Shown here: piece after piece, positions 62,271 through 64,000 of the stretch | How the letters are laid out: each line of letters begins with the position of its first letter | Position numbering within the stretch: position 1 is the stretch's first letter | From: Octopus sinensis | Taxonomy: Eukaryota | Reading direction: 5' to 3' | NCBI RefSeq assembly: GCF_006345805.1 | Contig: NC_043002.1 | Location: forward strand, 46,438,001 to 46,502,000 | DNA: 64,000 nt | Made by a program: the position numbers and the translations under genes | Notes under the pieces: model-generated | The model's input: only the letters and a program-made list of their open reading frames with translations | Told to the model about the DNA's origin: nothing | Database searches by the model: none

Positions 62271-62649
62271 GAGTGGATAAGACCATCATATATATATCAT
62301 CATATCAAGTCAGTTTTCCATGCTGGCATGGGTTGGATGGTTTGACATGGAGCTGGCCAGACTTCAATTGTCTGTTATAGTATGGTTTCTACAGCTGGAT
62401 GCCCTTCCTAATGGCAACCACTTTTCAGAATGTGCTGGGTGCATTTATACAGCACCAGCACAAGCGCATTTTATGTGACTCTGGCACTTGTAAAGGACAA
62501 GCCTGTATGTATGGATGACAATGATATATAGAAAGATAGATAGATATGTGTGTGTGTATCTTTGCATGCTCTGATGTTGTGGAAAATGATGCATTGAGTT
62601 GGATTCCTTTGCATCAAAAGTTAACCTTGGCCACCTGTTAATATATATT

Positions 62650-62689
<40 letters not shown>

Positions 62690-64000
62690 ATTGTAAAGTA
62701 AATACCAATTCCCAGGGTTATCATTGGCTCAAGGGTGTTCCTCCAGTATAGCCATAGCCCGATGATTGAAACCAGTAAAAGTGTAAATATGTTGTATGCT
62801 GTCTTTGATAATTTTTCTCATACACTACTTGCCAAAGTTACACCAGTGAATAATTTATTGAATATCAACTGATAGACGATATAGTAGTGTGGGCTGTGAC
62901 AGCATTTATCTTTTGTGTACTAGCTTCATTTTTACTTGCTTTTTATAGCTACTGTTCTCTCTTTCTCTAGTTTAAAAAAGGAAAATGATGCAACACTTGT
63001 TGAAGTTTTGTTTTATTTCCATGGTATGGCTGTATTGTTAAAAAGTTTCTTTCCCAACCCTGTGGTGTCTTCTACTATAGTACCAGGCTGACCAAAGCGT
63101 TGCAAGTGGATTTAGCTGATAAAAACTGACAGAAACTTGTTGTACATACATACATACATCCCCCCATACACACATATACACATAGAAAAATGGATGTTAA
63201 AATGATGATGATGATAATGATACACACATACATAACACACACATATAAATTGTGTGTGTGTCTATGTTTGTGTCTCCTTGTTTTGACATTGGATAGTCGT
63301 AAATGAATGTCACCTTCATACAAGCAGTGTTATTCATTTACAATCTTCTGCAAAAACGGGTCTTGTCATGGGGAAATGTCATCTTGCTTGGAAACAGGTG
63401 AAAGTTGGCAACAGGAAGGGCTTCCTGCTGTAGAAAATCTGCCATAATGAATTCTATCTTACTCATGTCAGCATGGAAAAGTGGACATTGAAATGATGAT
63501 GATGATAGAAAACAATTTCCTTATAAATCAAGATTTTTTTTTTGCTATTTAATGACTGATTATGTGGTTTAATTTTTAAATTAAAAAAAAGTGTTTTGTT
63601 ATTATTTTCATTTCTTTTTTATGATCATTTTTTAAAATTTTCATCTTTGTTCTTCCATTTAATCTTTTCTTAAAATTTGTGCAGGAACATCTTTTTCATT
63701 TTCATGTGTTACTTTTATTAGTTTTTAATGTGATGAAAGTGTTAGATCTCACATTCCATTTTAGACATGATAATTCCACTAAAGGAAATACACGTAAACA
63801 TTTCAATTTGTCACCTTCCATTTGGATAAATATACTTTCAGTTTATAATGGTTTCTTCAAAGTCATAAAAAGAACTTGAAAACATGTAAATTAGATAGTC
63901 TAGTTATCACCATATATAGAACAACAGTCCATCAAATTTAAGAAAGGGTGTCAACTATCAGTAAATAAGTCAGTCTGGCAGAAAACAAAAAGGGTCTGAA

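Overview
AT-rich, microsatellite-dense eukaryotic DNA. The repeat families (RTE-clade LINEs with (GAT)n tails, several tRNA-headed SINEs, Tc1/mariner, MULE, CR1, MITEs) suggest a cephalopod, probably Octopus; this is inference and no search was run. I could not name any host protein-coding gene. All long or recognisable ORFs are transposon-derived or microsatellite artefacts, and only a few small candidate exons were seen. Main observations: (1) a 285-bp non-autonomous retroelement (59061-59345, minus) with a tRNA-type Pol III head, an (AAT)n linker and a minimal type-I hammerhead ribozyme, bounded by a 14-bp TSD, with a second copy at 4474-4622 and decayed Penelope-like remnants nearby; (2) two relatively intact RTE copies whose 3' UTRs carry different tandem or hierarchical expansions and end in a tail shared by many short repeats; (3) a CpG-rich versus CpG-depleted domain structure consistent with mosaic gene-body methylation; (4) a candidate 15-nt microexon behind a ~790-nt pyrimidine-rich tract.
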